Of a DNA stretch of 64,000 bases, positions 24,203 through 37,276 are shown one piece after another. The DNA comes from Bigelowiella natans CCMP2755. Its lineage: Eukaryota; Protista; Cercozoa. The translations under genes and the position numbers were made by a program. The DNA lies in assembly GCA_000320545.1 (NCBI GenBank), contig ADNK01003173.1:7160-71159 (forward strand), in the 5' to 3' direction. The notes beneath the pieces are model-generated. The model was not told the origin of the DNA. It was given only the letters and a program-made list of their open reading frames with translations, and did no database searches. How positions within the stretch are numbered: the first letter of the stretch is position 1; the number at the start of each line of letters is the position of its first letter.

Positions 24203-27200
24203 CTAGTTAACATCAACATCTGTGGCTTGCAACGTACCTGCAGCGATTAATGTCACAAGCGCAGATGCGAGGCTTACCATTAAGCCAAAGCTGATATCGA
24301 TCCCATACATCTTAAGTGTAAGCGATTGATCTCTCGCGACTCTTTCGCTCGCTGCCTCGAGTAAAAACTTCATAGTCTCCATTTTCCTGCCTTCGTCCTG
24401 GTTCGCTCCGATCCAATCGACATCCACGTTCAGAAGTCCTACGCTCGAATCTAAATGCTTTACGATCCTTCTGACATCAGACTTCTCGTCCAGGGGTCCA
24501 GCCACTCTGTCTGGAGCTTTTGTCTCTTCTTTTACTTCTGGCTTTGTTATTGACTCCATGGTCGGCATGGCCAGTTCGTGCGAAGCATCGACCGACGCCA
24601 ATCCGTGCGAAGCATCGACCGACGCCAATCTGTTGAGCTTCGGGTTGAAGAAGCCGTTTTCCAAAGCAGGCGCCTCTTCTCTGGAGTTGCCTAATTCTTT
24701 TTCATCAAAGAACTCGGTGGCCCGTTTTACCCCGATGCCACGAGCTCGCTCTTCGTCTCTACGAGACTTTTTATGGTTAATGTTTAAATTGGATATGGAT
24801 TTCCAAAGCTGCTCGCAAACGGAAAATTTGTAGGATGTCAGCACGTCGATGATAACGTCGTTCATAGAATGGTTCGCGTACGCTGCGGTATATAGGACGA
24901 GGATGGAGTATAGCGACAATAAAATAAGCAGTGCGAAGCGTATAATCTGCTCTTTTTCGTCAAGAGCAAAGATTTGTCCATTCTCAACAACGCCAACGAC
25001 AACGAGCACCACCACGACAACCAAGGGTGCAATGATTAAGTTGATGGGAAACACGGATTGTAGTTTCTCTTTCATTTGATTGAAAACGCGACGACGGATC
25101 GAAAGCCAAGCTTGTAAGTTTTGTGGGGAGTTTAATCGTATAAAAAGTTTCAAGCCGTAACGCTTCGCAGCGGACGACGATGACATATCTCCAATCGCGG
25201 AAAATTTGTAGAGGGTATAAGCGGCCACTTTAAACCATAGATGCACTTTAAATAGGAGCCAAGTAAGACCCAAAGAACACACGAGGAAGTAGGTCAATGC
25301 TACAATGAACCCCGATCCCCCAGGAAAGAAGCTTTGCCCCCTTCTGAGCTGTATCATACCTGGGACGCAGCCGATAATCACGCCAACCAAAAAGCAATAC
25401 AACCATTTCATCCTGTCATGGAGGTTCGCATGGGTGTAAAGGACCAATGAGTACACGTCTGGCTGCCACCGTTTCTCAATCCTCGAAAACGTTTCTTTCG
25501 TAGAACCGTGAATATCTGCGAGAACGTGCGAGATAGATGAGATCTTCTCCACAAAGGCGAATGATTCCTCGGAAAACCTGCAGTACTCAATTTGCTTCTC
25601 GAAGAGGTCAGAGGCATCTTTGACTGTGTCGCTGTCGAATTCGTAGGCTCGCGCGTCTGCCAACATGGAATGGTCCCCAAGAACAACCTGCTCGGAAACG
25701 TTCCCAACCATGAAAGCGATAACAATTGGGGTCCACGCCTCCGTGTAGGTAGCATCGGACTGAGACGTGTACTGAACGACGAGGCTGGCAATCGACACTA
25801 TTGAAACCAGCAGTAAAACGAGGAAAAAAGCGGATGTCCCTCTGATCTGACAACCTTGCCTATAAAACCATGTCAAGGGAGCAGACAGCGGCGCTGTTAG
25901 CGTGTAACACAAGTTCTTCAATACGCTCCCAATGGTTGTCGTTGGAGCATTTAGAATGGGATTTCTTTCTTTAACTCTTAGGGATCTTAGTCTCGCTTTC
26001 AGCTCAGTTGCCAACTCTCTGAACCACACGCTCACTCCCTTCTTTTCCTCAGGGGAAACGTCTACATAGTCAGGAAAAGTGGAACATATTGTCTCGAGAA
26101 AGAATCCCGTGGCCTGCTGGGCATTCCTGTTCCTGACACCGTTACGCTCTAGATGCATTGCTACACAAATCATCAAGTCGTTCAAGATCTTCGCGTACTG
26201 TTTACTAGCATGCAGGTGCCTAATTCTTCTGTTGTGGTACATAACACGATGTATGCTGTGCACAATTTGCGACTCCGGGAAACCCCGCGACGCAAACAGT
26301 TTCCGTACGATCATAAAGATACAAGCAGACTTTTCCTCATTCGCAAAAGTATTTCCTAGTATCTCCATAGCTGATCGAACATTGTTCACAACATCTACGA
26401 TGAGATCCGGCTCTGCGATGCGATCGAAAAACGTATTTGATGTTGCGACAAACTGCATGGATTGACGTATCTGCGCTTTCTTGCCTTCTGCAGCAATGCT
26501 CTTTAACCTGGTCAGTCGCTTCTTCATTTTGGTTTCACCAATTTTTGATTCCTTTTCCATTTTAGCCTCCTTATGTTGCGTACTGAATTGCGTCTTTGAG
26601 TCGCTCCCAGGGGTATCGGCAGTCGGGGATTTTGAGTTTTTGACAGGTAACGAATTCGACGAAGGCCTAGGATTATCCTTAAGATCCAGGCCCTTTTTTG
26701 ACTCTGAAGATCTGCCAACTTCAAGACGATCCAACCGTTCAATTCGCGGAAACAACTCAGCGACCATATCGATAGCATCCGGCCTTTTTCCACGATCATG
26801 ATCAAGGCATTTTCTTATTATGTTCTCCATGAATTTTAAGTCATCACCCACATGTTCCTTCAATATGCCAAACCTTTCTGAGTTCTCGAATTCGATTACC
26901 TTTTCATCTGTCTCGCGACCAGAATCTACCACTAGCTTTGGTAGGCTATCTTTGAGCTGCAACTTTCCACTTACAATAGCCTTCGTCTGCTCACGAATTG
27001 AACCAGAAACACAATAAGGTATTTTCCCCCTTGTGATCAACTCCCACATTGTAACCCCTGTACATTATAGATATGGGAATCAATTCCTTCCTGCGTCGCC
27101 GACTAATTTTGTTTGAGGCGAAGTTAAGATGCTTCGGGGTTAGAAAGGAGACAAGGACAAGGAGGCAACGAAGAGTAGGTGAGAGAGGGTGGGGAAGGAG

Positions 27201-27207
27201 AGAAAAA

Positions 27208-27249
<42 letters not shown>

Positions 27250-28639
27250 GAGAGAATACTTTCAGACTAGACAAAAAACAGAAATTTTATGATGCAGCAA
27301 GGTAGAGTGAAAGATGGATTATCTAAGCTTTCTGGACGTGTTTATATTTCATTTTAATATTTGTTCACTCTCTACTACCGGCTGAATAAATGTCACTTCG
27401 GAACGAAAACACCCGGCTGCGTAGGGACTCTGGGGCTGTCCAAGCCCATGCTAACGGTGTCCTGCTAACGTCCTTGCCTTCTCCATTCATAATCAATCCG
27501 AAATCAGCAATTTGGACATCGAATTTATTCGTGAGCAGCAAATTGCGGCACGCAATGTCTCGATGAATGATTCCGTTGCTATGCATCCATTGTAAACCGC
27601 AAAAGAGACCAAATATGATGCGGAAAAATAGTTTTGGATCCGTAAAATCGTAACGTCCATGTAGCTCGTCCAGACTACCCATTTCGGCAAACTCAACTAG
27701 ATAGCACTGTTTGCCTTCAATCGTCTGCGTGATTCCAACGAGCTGTAAGATATTCGAATGTCCCGAGAGTTTCCTCAAGCCTGCGATTTCGGCGCTGAAT
27801 TCCTTGCTAAAATTTTTATTCTTGTTAATCTTAGCAACTAGTTTGGCGCTCCCAACGGAAACTAAATACGATTCTCCAAAATTTCCCTGCCCTATCTTTC
27901 TCCAGTTTTTCATGGACTCATCTTCGAAGAATAAGGGGTTTGTATTTCCACTGTAAGCTGTAAGATCTCTTTGGGCATATAAGGGTAAGTAATTGATGTC
28001 ATCCAAGTCTTCTTCCTGAGGCAATTGTTCAAAATGCATGTTTTATTTCCTCGAAGTGCAACAGGATGTTTTATGATTAACAAGTGTATGCGACCATACC
28101 GAGGCGAATGTTTCGTTTTTTTCCAAATCTTACAAATAGCGATCAGATCATCATGCACTTCAACATACAAAGTTCTCTAGTTGTTGCTCTTGCTTACTTT
28201 CTTCTCCGCGTGTTCCGTGTACATAAAATCTTCCTTAACTATTGTCTGATGGCAATTGTTCAAAAAGATGTTTTATTTCCTCGAAGTGCAATAGGATGCT
28301 TTATGATTAACAAGTGTATGCGACCATACCGAGGTGTGAATGTTTCGGTTTTTTTCCAAATCTTACAAATAGCGATCAGATCATCATGCACTTCAACATG
28401 CAAAGTTCTCTAGTTGTTGCTCTTGCTTACTTTCCGCTCTTGTTGAGACTTCGAAGTGGCGTCCGTTTGAATTCGCATCCCCGACGAAAGAGAGCAAAAT
28501 TTGCGGCGTGGATGAATGAATGAATGGGCGGGGCAGGTTTTAGACGCCCACAGCTGCTGGACTGACTGCGCACGGCCTCAACCGAATGGAATGTTTGAGC
28601 TGTGCAGGCGATTCGCGTTGCAGTGTCGTCCCCAGACAA
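24203..28639 (-). CDS. Tyrosine-kinase-like protein kinase fused to a C-terminal multi-pass membrane domain (5' end uncertain)
   Basis: IGQGNFG, VAK, HRDIACRNLL, DFG, WTAPE, SDIYS; intron ~27060-27377; MWELITRGKIPY; then several hydrophobic helices in the 948-aa exon. Confidence 0.88.
28020..28432. repeat. Diverged ~180-bp direct duplication (28020-28200 and 28251-28432)
   Basis: Both units read GGCAATTGTTCAAAA...CTCTTGCTTACTTT with scattered substitutions. Confidence 0.9.
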
Positions 28640-30653
28640 AGCGATAGCGTGGGGCTCTAAGCTTGCGCTAGATCTATGAGCTGATGCGAAAGGATGACGA
28701 GTTGAAGAGCGCGTCGTTACCAGGTTCCTCCTGACCGAAGGAATTCGGGAATCCTCGTAACGTCCAAACTGCTTCTCTGGGTTCAGTTTCAGTACTACTG
28801 CAACATTGATGTAGTAACTTGGGCAAAATTACCGGGGAAAATCCTCTGTCAGTCTCTTTCTCATCATCCCCCGTAAACTTTCCTAGATTTTTTGTCTAGA
28901 TCTAGATCTAGATCTACCAGAATGATCGCCTGACGTCGCCGCCGATAGCAAGACCGGGCTGGTACCCTACCCTAACCCTACCCCGCTACGGCTGTGCGGA
29001 GAACAAGAAGCGAGGACAATAGAGCGGATACTCTTCAAAAGAGAACAGATGTACCGGGAAGATATAACTATGTTGGCCAATGGATCACGAAATTGCAGGC
29101 TAAAACTCAGCGCTATTGTTGCTGGAGCGTGTTTGATGTCATTCGCGGCACTGGTGGCCAGCGGTGTCGACCTGAGCCCTGGTCTTTCCGCAGGACCCTC
29201 GGGACCTCGAACAATATGTAGTGTACTATTTTTTTTCCCTTCTTCTCTTATCCACTTGTGAAGCTGATTTTATGCTGTAATGAAATAAAGCTCGTCGTAC
29301 AATAGTCGGGGGGATTTCTTTATCCGCCTTGCGATTTGCAAGACCATCAAGGGCCGATGTGGATCAGGACACAGTCGATCTTTTTGCCACAAAGTGTGCA
29401 GGTTGTCATCAAGGTGGATCGAACATCTTCGGAGGTTATTCAATCTTTTGCTCTCCTTCTCCACGCAGTATTTTGATGTTTTTTAAATATCATGTATCCT
29501 AGGACCTACTTTGAAAAAGAAGGATCTGGAGAAAAATAACCTCTATGATCTCGAAGCCCTTGCCGAATACATTGCCAAGGGAAATAAGAAAATGCCTGGA
29601 TTTGGAGAGGAGGTCCAGTATGCATAGTTCTCTGGAATATCTGCAAACCTTTACCGTTCATCGGGGCGATTTTTTTAAAAAATTGCTCTCTTAATTTACA
29701 TAGTGCAAACCGAAGACTGCTTGCACATTTGGAACACGGCTCACCAGGGCTGAGCTCCAGAAGGTATTTCAGCCCTACATGTATGCTCCCATCTACACAC
29801 ACACTTCCTCTGATTTGACGGCCAGAACTACGCAGTTTTATTCATATGACATGGTCAGGTTGCGGAATTCGTCCTTCAAAACGCGGAGAATGATTGGAAA
29901 TAATCAACTACAGATGACAATATTATTTGTATATTTTTAAAAATATTACTCAAGCAGTTTTGCTTATCATATTAATATATATATATACATATGGAATCAT
30001 ACGAGATGATGTAGCGCTAGCCATATTTTTATGTGGCGGGCGTGCCAGTCTAATCTAGTAATGTACGACCGGACTATGAGACGGATGCATGCGCAATGAT
30101 ATGACCAAATCTCTAGATGTTTTCAATTGCCATCCTAGTGTATATAGCTGCTGTGCAAAGCCGATCTTCATGTATGTAGTTATTGCGTGCACAGCATCGC
30201 AACATCACAGCACATCGCAGCTGAAGTAGTAGCGCATGCGCGACTCGCTCTCGTAGCCCTTCTGCACTTCTAGACTTGTGCGAAACGGACATGTGCTAAT
30301 GAACATAGCATTTTTTTCAATTGTCATGTCATCATGTCATTCTAACGTATATCGTACTGCAAGTCAGGCTATTTTTAAAAAAAAATCGTGTGCATTGCAT
30401 ACTGCATTATTATATATTATGCGTATGGCGCAGATATTATATCAGCTGCGCACCAACCTACCTGCATGCCGTTGTTTCTCTTTTAACGATGCTGCGGGGA
30501 TGTCAGCTATACGCATGTACTTTAAAGCTAGTTGTCCGTCTTTCAGTATTAATATTACATCTTCTAATGCAAATGTCACACAGGTTATTCCAAAGTTTTT
30601 CTATCCCACGGACTTCTCTCGAAGAAATAAAAGGGCCAGCAATGCAAATTCTA

Positions 30654-32119
30654 TTACTTTCCCGCTGCACTTGCCGGTGGTTCATCATCGTCATCATCGT
30701 CATCATCGGAATCTTGCTCTTCTTTCTCCTTGAGATCCTTTGCTACCTTTACGGCTTCTTCAAGAAGTCCGGCTGGTACTCTTACGTGTTTCCTATTTCA
30801 GATTTATGAATCAATAAAATCAATAATAGTGTAACACATCATATCACGTAATCATTACTTTTTGGACTCGTCGCACGCCCAAGTCATTTCGAGAGTGAAA
30901 TCCTTGTCCTTGGATTCGTCGTGCAGCTTGTAGATGCTAAAAGCATTTCTGTGTCAGCTCTTTCCTTGCTGTACGAAAAGTTAGAAAAATAACTTACATG
31001 CGAGCGATTTCCTTCACAGCATCTCTACACTTGTAGGTTCGGAAATCGATTTTCTCGAGCTCCGATTTCGCTGCCTCTTTGTTCTTACCGACAACCGCTG
31101 CATAGTATCCCTGCAACAAATAGTAATAATTCCTATCAGCAATCTTCTTTGTCACAAATTCAAAAAAGGCCGCTATTACATGGCACACTCCTGAGGGGTC
31201 GATTTGGTGCAGTTCTGGCTCGCCCTCTGGGTTGTAACTCCCGATAAGGACGGAGCATCCGAAGGGGCGATAGTACCAATACAGTGTGTGCAAATGCACA
31301 AATCCCCTGCACGAGCATAATTGTGAAAGCAACCGTAAGAAGCCAAACTTCTCTTCTGTATATTAGGATGACATACGCTAGTCGGTTTGCCAAAGTGCTT
31401 CCTGGTATAGCGCTCGCGTAGTAACCCTTGTAGCTTGTCGCCTCCTCGCGGCCGCGATTGACAATTTGTCGAGCATCAGCAGCGAATCCAGAAAGCGCCT
31501 GGATCATCATGAAAGTGTTAGACCTTAATGCAGCCACCAAGGAAATGTCATCAAAGATTACAATGCCATTGTGGATGCCAACGGTGTAAATCCTTCTATT
31601 GGATTCGTTGAGTATCATCCTCGACACAATTGCTTTCTCGACTCCCAGCACAACACCATCGGCGCATCGGATACCAATTGCAGTCCTAAGGTGTGGTATT
31701 TGTGTTTTACGACAGAAACAGATGGACAAAGAAGAAGAAAGATCAGGTTAGATGTGAGACTACCCGCTCTTTTCTATTGCCTTCGAGGCGTACTCCACTT
31801 GGAAGACTCTACCATCCGGGGAGAAAGTTGTGACGGAAAGGTCGTACTAAGGATAGCGTCATCATTCATAACAAATCAACGAGACAAGTTGGATTCTTCC
31901 TCACGCTTTCTGTATTGGAAGCAATTCCTTCCATCGCGCATTTTTTCGCAAATGTCAATTCTCGAATCTCTGACTCTAAAAAAAAGTCGCCCCTCCCTCA
32001 TACAGTGAAGTTGCATCCAAAATTTCGAGGTGCAATCGCTTAGAAGTGTGTATGCGGAGCCCCCTGAGGGGGAGTGGCTCAGAGGCACAAAAGCTCACCC
32101 CTGATCCTGTCGCGCTCAT
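30654..32119 (-). CDS. PSMA3: 20S proteasome subunit alpha type-3 (alpha7)
   Basis: MSATGSG|YDLSVTTFSPDGRVFQVEYA; TAIGIRCADGVVLGVEK; HTLYWYYRPFGCS; acidic C-terminal tail. Confidence 0.95.
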
Positions 32120-32813
32120 TGCTCCTGGATTTAGATTTCAAAGTGTCCAGACTGTGCGAGAAAACTTAAGATTAAAACCAACGCTTTGTGTAGCAAATAT
32201 TTTAAATATGCCGTAAGAACAAGACAAATTCTCTATTTTTTGCATGACGTACTGAATATGTGTAGTTATGAACACTTGAAAGTAGTTTTTGTATCTATTT
32301 AATAAATTCAGAACAATTTCAATACGACATGTCTTCTTTAGTCAAAATCTTCCTAAATCGCCAACAGTTTAATATTTTCTGCAGCCCATAGATGCTCCGC
32401 TGAGCTGATTGTCAGTGTTTGCGTGAGTTTTAAGATCTATAGTAGCAGTTGAAAGAAATATTTTAGTGATAATACCATGTATTTCGTAATAATTACACAC
32501 ACGAATGCAAATTCATGCTAAAAAAGAAGGCAACTGGAGATTTCGATTGCACCTACGGGTCTTGAATTTTGACACTGGCACCGCATTGTGCCGAGAAAAG
32601 GAAGTATGCCAGCGGTCCATGAAACTACACGTTGGCACAAGAAAAGTGGTAATTTAACCGATACGCTCATAAAAGTGCAAGTAGAGGAGAAGAAGTATTT
32701 TTTGGCCAGACAATCGTAACTTGTCTGATATATCGTAAGAAAGTTTGGGGTCAATATATGTCCACAATTCACCCCACCGATCGACCCTGGAGTCACCAGG
32801 AGACGCCCATTCC

Positions 32814-33182
32814 ATGCGGAGGTGTTGGTCCCTGTTTTTCGGTGCTATGAACCAGGCTGCGAAGACTCGAAGAAGTAGCTTTCGGTTTAAAAATTTCAAG
32901 GAAGCCCCTGATCTCCTTCGAATTCTGGTGGATGAAGGCTACGTCCAATTCTACCAGAAAAAGGGGCCGTACGTTGAGGTACGCTTACGCAAGGATCGCG
33001 ATGGGGTTCTCGTGAGAGAAGTCCAGCAGGTTTCTAAGTCAAGTATGCCCAAATATATTAAAGCTAAGGATGTTAAGTGGGACACCCGTCTTAACATAAT
33101 TGCGGCAGACGGTAAGATGGCAACATCCTCAGAGTGCAAGATGAACAACATTGGGGGTGAGCATCTAGCAATTATTCGGTAA
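32814..33182 (+). CDS. rps8: Divergent ribosomal protein uS8, probably organellar (mitochondrial)
   Basis: LLRILVDEGYV, VSKSSMPKY and C-terminal NIGGEHLAIIR match the uS8 pattern (L..EGYI...SKP...GGE.L); 122 aa; intronless. Confidence 0.75.
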   Translation: MRRCWSLFFGAMNQAAKTRRSSFRFKNFKEAPDLLRILVDEGYVQFYQKKGPYVEVRLRKDRDGVLVREVQQVSKSSMPKYIKAKDVKWDTRLNIIAADGKMATSSECKMNNIGGEHLAIIR

Positions 33183-33499
33183 AATAAGCCTCGGGGAAAG
33201 ATTACTGATTGCAGCAACTTACTGATGATAATGGGCCTTTGGTATACTGTCGAGAACTCTACATATGACTGGATGATTGAATTTACAATTAAGTTTTAGA
33301 GTCAAATGCGTGCATTACAGTACCAGGTTCAGCATCGATAGTGCCGAATTTACCGAGAAAATGTCAACTGGTCATATGTCTTAGGAATAACAGTTGTGCC
33401 ACAGCAAAAATGGAGAAGTTTATTTGATATATTGCTTCACATAAGAACATGTATCAACAAGTACACATGCACAGATGTCCATCAAGTATGCATTTATTC

Positions 33500-33539
<40 letters not shown>

Positions 33540-33571
33540 CACACACAAACTCACACATACAGAGAGAGGGA

Positions 33572-33628
<57 letters not shown>

Positions 33629-34269
33629 CAGCAGCACGTCCATGTCGTGCTAGCGTGCATGCTTCACTAGATCTAGAGACCAGCAGGCAGGCTAGCAGGT
33701 CCGCGCTAGCTAGCTAGCCCGTAGCATGTGTCGCACCTGATGCACAAGCACACGCTCATTGCCAACACTGGAACAAGGCTCTAAGGCATAACACGCCTAG
33801 ACGCGCCAGACATCATCACATCGTCTAGATCGTGTGATTAACATCTAGAACATGTGCATGTCTAGATCTAGAGATGTCATTGTTGCATGGCAACCTGCTA
33901 GCAACGCACATGCACGCATGCAGTTAGCTGAAGCCCATCATGATCACCCACGATGCGCATCCACAGGACAGCTAACATAAACTCAACACTCAAAGAATTC
34001 GCATGCGACGGCATTGTAACAACAGCCAATGCAATGTTGAGCCATGCTCTTAGCTTAGAAAACTGTCATTGCATGGCGACTACGATACGAGCATTCTAAT
34101 CATCCGCGTTCAATAAGCGTTGCTAGATTGGCACAAAATTCATTCAAACTTGAAAAACAAAAACAGTGACAATGTCAGAAATGCATTTGATTTCAAATGA
34201 TTTGTTCAGCCGGATTAAATTCATTAGTGAATTTACTCATAATTGTCTTATTTTTTCGAATTACCATCA

Positions 34270-36347
34270 TCGCGTTTCATAATTTCTACGATACAGAATA
34301 TTCACAATGTTGTTGTATTTCCCCCCTTTCATTGGCTTGTACTGTTGTCCACAGTACTTGCGGAAGGGACTGAAAAATAACGCCAATGAGCTCAAGTCAA
34401 ATACAATGTGAATGCAATGCATACCTTTAGAGGTGGATAAGCTTGCACTGTTTAAAGTTCCTAAACTACTTAAGCTGGACATTCGTTCGAGGGAAACCTG
34501 GACCAGGAAAGAGGAGGTTGTTGAGCCTGACAAATAATCTTACGAATTTGAAATACGAGCAAGTTTCGTGTCATCAAACCTGATCAGGGGCGGAGGCTGT
34601 ATTAAGGAGATGATGAGGTGGCTGCGTGTCAGCAGAGGGAGACTTGGTGTCCCATAATTCACTTTTAATCCATGGACTCGGGATTCCTTCAGGGGAAGTT
34701 AGTAGTTGTAGGGGTGTTGGAATGGGTGATAGCTTTTCACCATTTGGGATTGCGCAGCTTCTAATGCTTCGAGGACATCTTTCTTCCGAAGTATTTGATT
34801 TAAATTTCAAATATTTCAATAAATTCATTTCAGATTTGACGATCTGGACAGTTGGTGATGAATTAGAATCTTGTTGTCCAATCTGACTTCGTTTTCTATC
34901 CACGATTTCCAATGCTATGATTATAGATGATATGATATGTTAACAAGATGAACTAACGTAAAGATATTATTTACTCACAATGAGAACGGTCTTGGGGAGA
35001 AGACGTTATTTTACGTTTTATGTGTCGTGTAAATTGTCGCCCGAGGCTTTCAAATGGGAATTCTTTAGACCGTTCTTCATCTATGCTCAGTGTGGGAGTA
35101 TCCAATCCTTTAGGGCCGTTGCTTAGTGATACAGCAGAAATTGAGCAGGATTTCCTGTTTCTTGTCCCGTTTCCTCCTTCTCTTCTTGTATGACCAGAAT
35201 TGACATGATTGATATCCTCCCCGTTACCATCTTTAGGAACATGTTGGCTCGAAGATTTTAACTTTAATGCACACATGTCCATTGCGATTTCACTTCGCTT
35301 TTGTTGTGCTTTTAAAATGCATGTGATAGCCTGAAAGGCACATAATCGATGTGCGTTGCAACATTGATTTAAACAATGAGATTAAGAATAACTCTTAGAC
35401 CTGGCGAAGTTGATCAGGTTTCATTCTTTCAATCGGACGCCAGAGTTCAGGTTTAACACACTTTGGTCGCTAAATGCATTTAACATGGAATCAAAAATAA
35501 GAAATGCTATAGTAGCTGCTAATCACCTCGTTAGGATCCTTGCAATTTGGAATATTTCCATTATGCATCGACTATTTTAAAATATAAGAGTTTGATGCCA
35601 TTCAGTGCAGAATCTTTGGCCTTGTACAAGTTCGAATCTTCCCATACCGAGCTGAAAATTACCTGAATCAAAGATCTATAGATCGACCGAAGTTCGTCTT
35701 TTGAACATTTACACAAGCTTCCTTCATTCATCTTGCCAGGATCGGCGAATATCTAAATAATTTGTTAAATCCATAGTGTAGACAGCCACGATATTTTTCA
35801 ACTTTCGAATTTACAAATGTCGATTCTTTCTTGCACAGGAGGGAATGTATACCTGATAGCAGACTTCATCGAAAGTGGACTTCTTTATTGCAAAATTATA
35901 AATTGTGCTCGGTCCATATGCGAAGCTTTTTAATCGACGACTTGGACTAAAAAAGGCCGCCTTTGCATTCGAAATGTCACAGAATGATCACAGGAAATTA
36001 AACAGTAGAGTTTCTGCAAATATGATCACCAGTATCTGAGTTCCACACTTGATTTCCAACTCTTCCATTTTTTTCATGATGGTTTTCTTCAGAGTCGTAG
36101 CAGCAGACTTTCTCCGTTGGGGATCTTTGATGTATTCTACTGTACGTTTTCCTGAAGATGCTGAAATTGTATTGTGTTCACTTAAAACCGATCCCCGTAA
36201 CATCATGGATAGATTGAAGCTCATCGGGCTTTGCTTTGATGAATTGATGATTGCTCTTTCTTGCAATGTCACATCATAGGAGTAGAATTCAATTCGCAAA
36301 CCTCTGTGGTCGCCCAGACGTCTCTTCTTCGTAGACGACGGCACCAT
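34270..36347 (-). CDS. MADS-box (SRF-like) transcription factor, divergent; multi-exon, ends approximate
   Basis: GKRTVEYIKDPQRRKSAATTLKKTIMKKMEELEIKCGTQILVIIFAET (~35140 nt frame of the 35988-36458 ORF, domain at ~36010-36155) aligns with the MADS core; Ser/Pro-rich exons follow. Confidence 0.72.
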
Positions 36348-36673
36348 CAGGGAAATGGTAACGGACCTATGAAGAAAGAATGCAGGGGATAGGGGGGGGG
36401 TTGAAGACTTCCTTTTTCCTAGCACCGGACAATCCAAGTCGCACACAAAAAACTGCAATCGATTTTTCGTGTCGCGAACTAAAAACTACAATCAATTCGC
36501 TTGGAACGACTAGCTCCTCCCGCTCCCGAGCTGTTTTTTTTCTGCTTTTCGTGGGTTCGGATATAAGGGAGACTGGAACCTCTGCGACAAGGATTCAGAC
36601 ATTGTCGTTGGCCGGATTGCGAGTCATTTTCCGCGTTCCCGAATGCGCGCGACCCTTGCTGCCTGCAGGACAA

Positions 36674-37276
36674 ATGAAGCTCATCCCCCGACTAACCACG
36701 TTGGTTGTTTTCGCGGCTGCGGCTTTCTCGCCGTGCAATCACACCCACAGTGGCGGTCAACGGGTACTCACTCATGGAATATCTGATACAGAACTGCGTC
36801 GAAGGTTTCATGACCTAGTGGCCACAATGAATCGAACGTTGAATCCAGAACCGTCGACTCGTCTCGGTGCTTTTGCGGCCAACATTCAATTTGAACCTGG
36901 AACTGTTGGCTATTCAATTAACAATGCCATTGCTACTATTTACATGCAGCTCGGAAGCTATGGCCAAGCAAATATAGGCGATGTCTTTAATGGGGCAACA
37001 GCAAACAGTCTCTATGAGTTTCCAGTTCAATCAAATGCAAATCTTCAGATTGCTGAGCTAGAATACAATTATTGGTTAAACAACGTTTCTTTGAAAAATA
37101 TTTTCACAGCTCCTGCAACTCTATGCGCTCGATCAGCCTTGCCTTCTTTTAGAGCGGCTGTCCAGAGAAATTATTTTAGCAAAACTTCCATTAGCTGTTC
37201 GATACTGTATTGCAACGTGCATTTTGGTCACACAATGGACAATGTCAACAATTTGCTAAACACTACGGTATGCTAA
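36674..37276 (+). CDS. Hypothetical secreted protein
   Basis: MKLIPRLTTLVVFAAAAFS looks like a signal peptide; ~200-codon ORF; no family recognised; 3' end uncertain. Confidence 0.5.
   Translation: MKLIPRLTTLVVFAAAAFSPCNHTHSGGQRVLTHGISDTELRRRFHDLVATMNRTLNPEPSTRLGAFAANIQFEPGTVGYSINNAIATIYMQLGSYGQANIGDVFNGATANSLYEFPVQSNANLQIAELEYNYWLNNVSLKNIFTAPATLCARSALPSFRAAVQRNYFSKTSISCSILYCNVHFGHTMDNVNNLLNTTVC

Noticed and set aside
28963-28984. Telomere-like TACCCTACCCTAACCCTACCCC and nearby (TCTAGA)n at ~28896-28916
   Set aside because: Only one perfect CCCTAA unit; too short to call an interstitial telomere or a regulatory element.
29270-29900. Short minus-strand ORFs that might be a gene or TE relic
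   Set aside because: Interrupted by stops with no recognisable motif, so no call can be supported.
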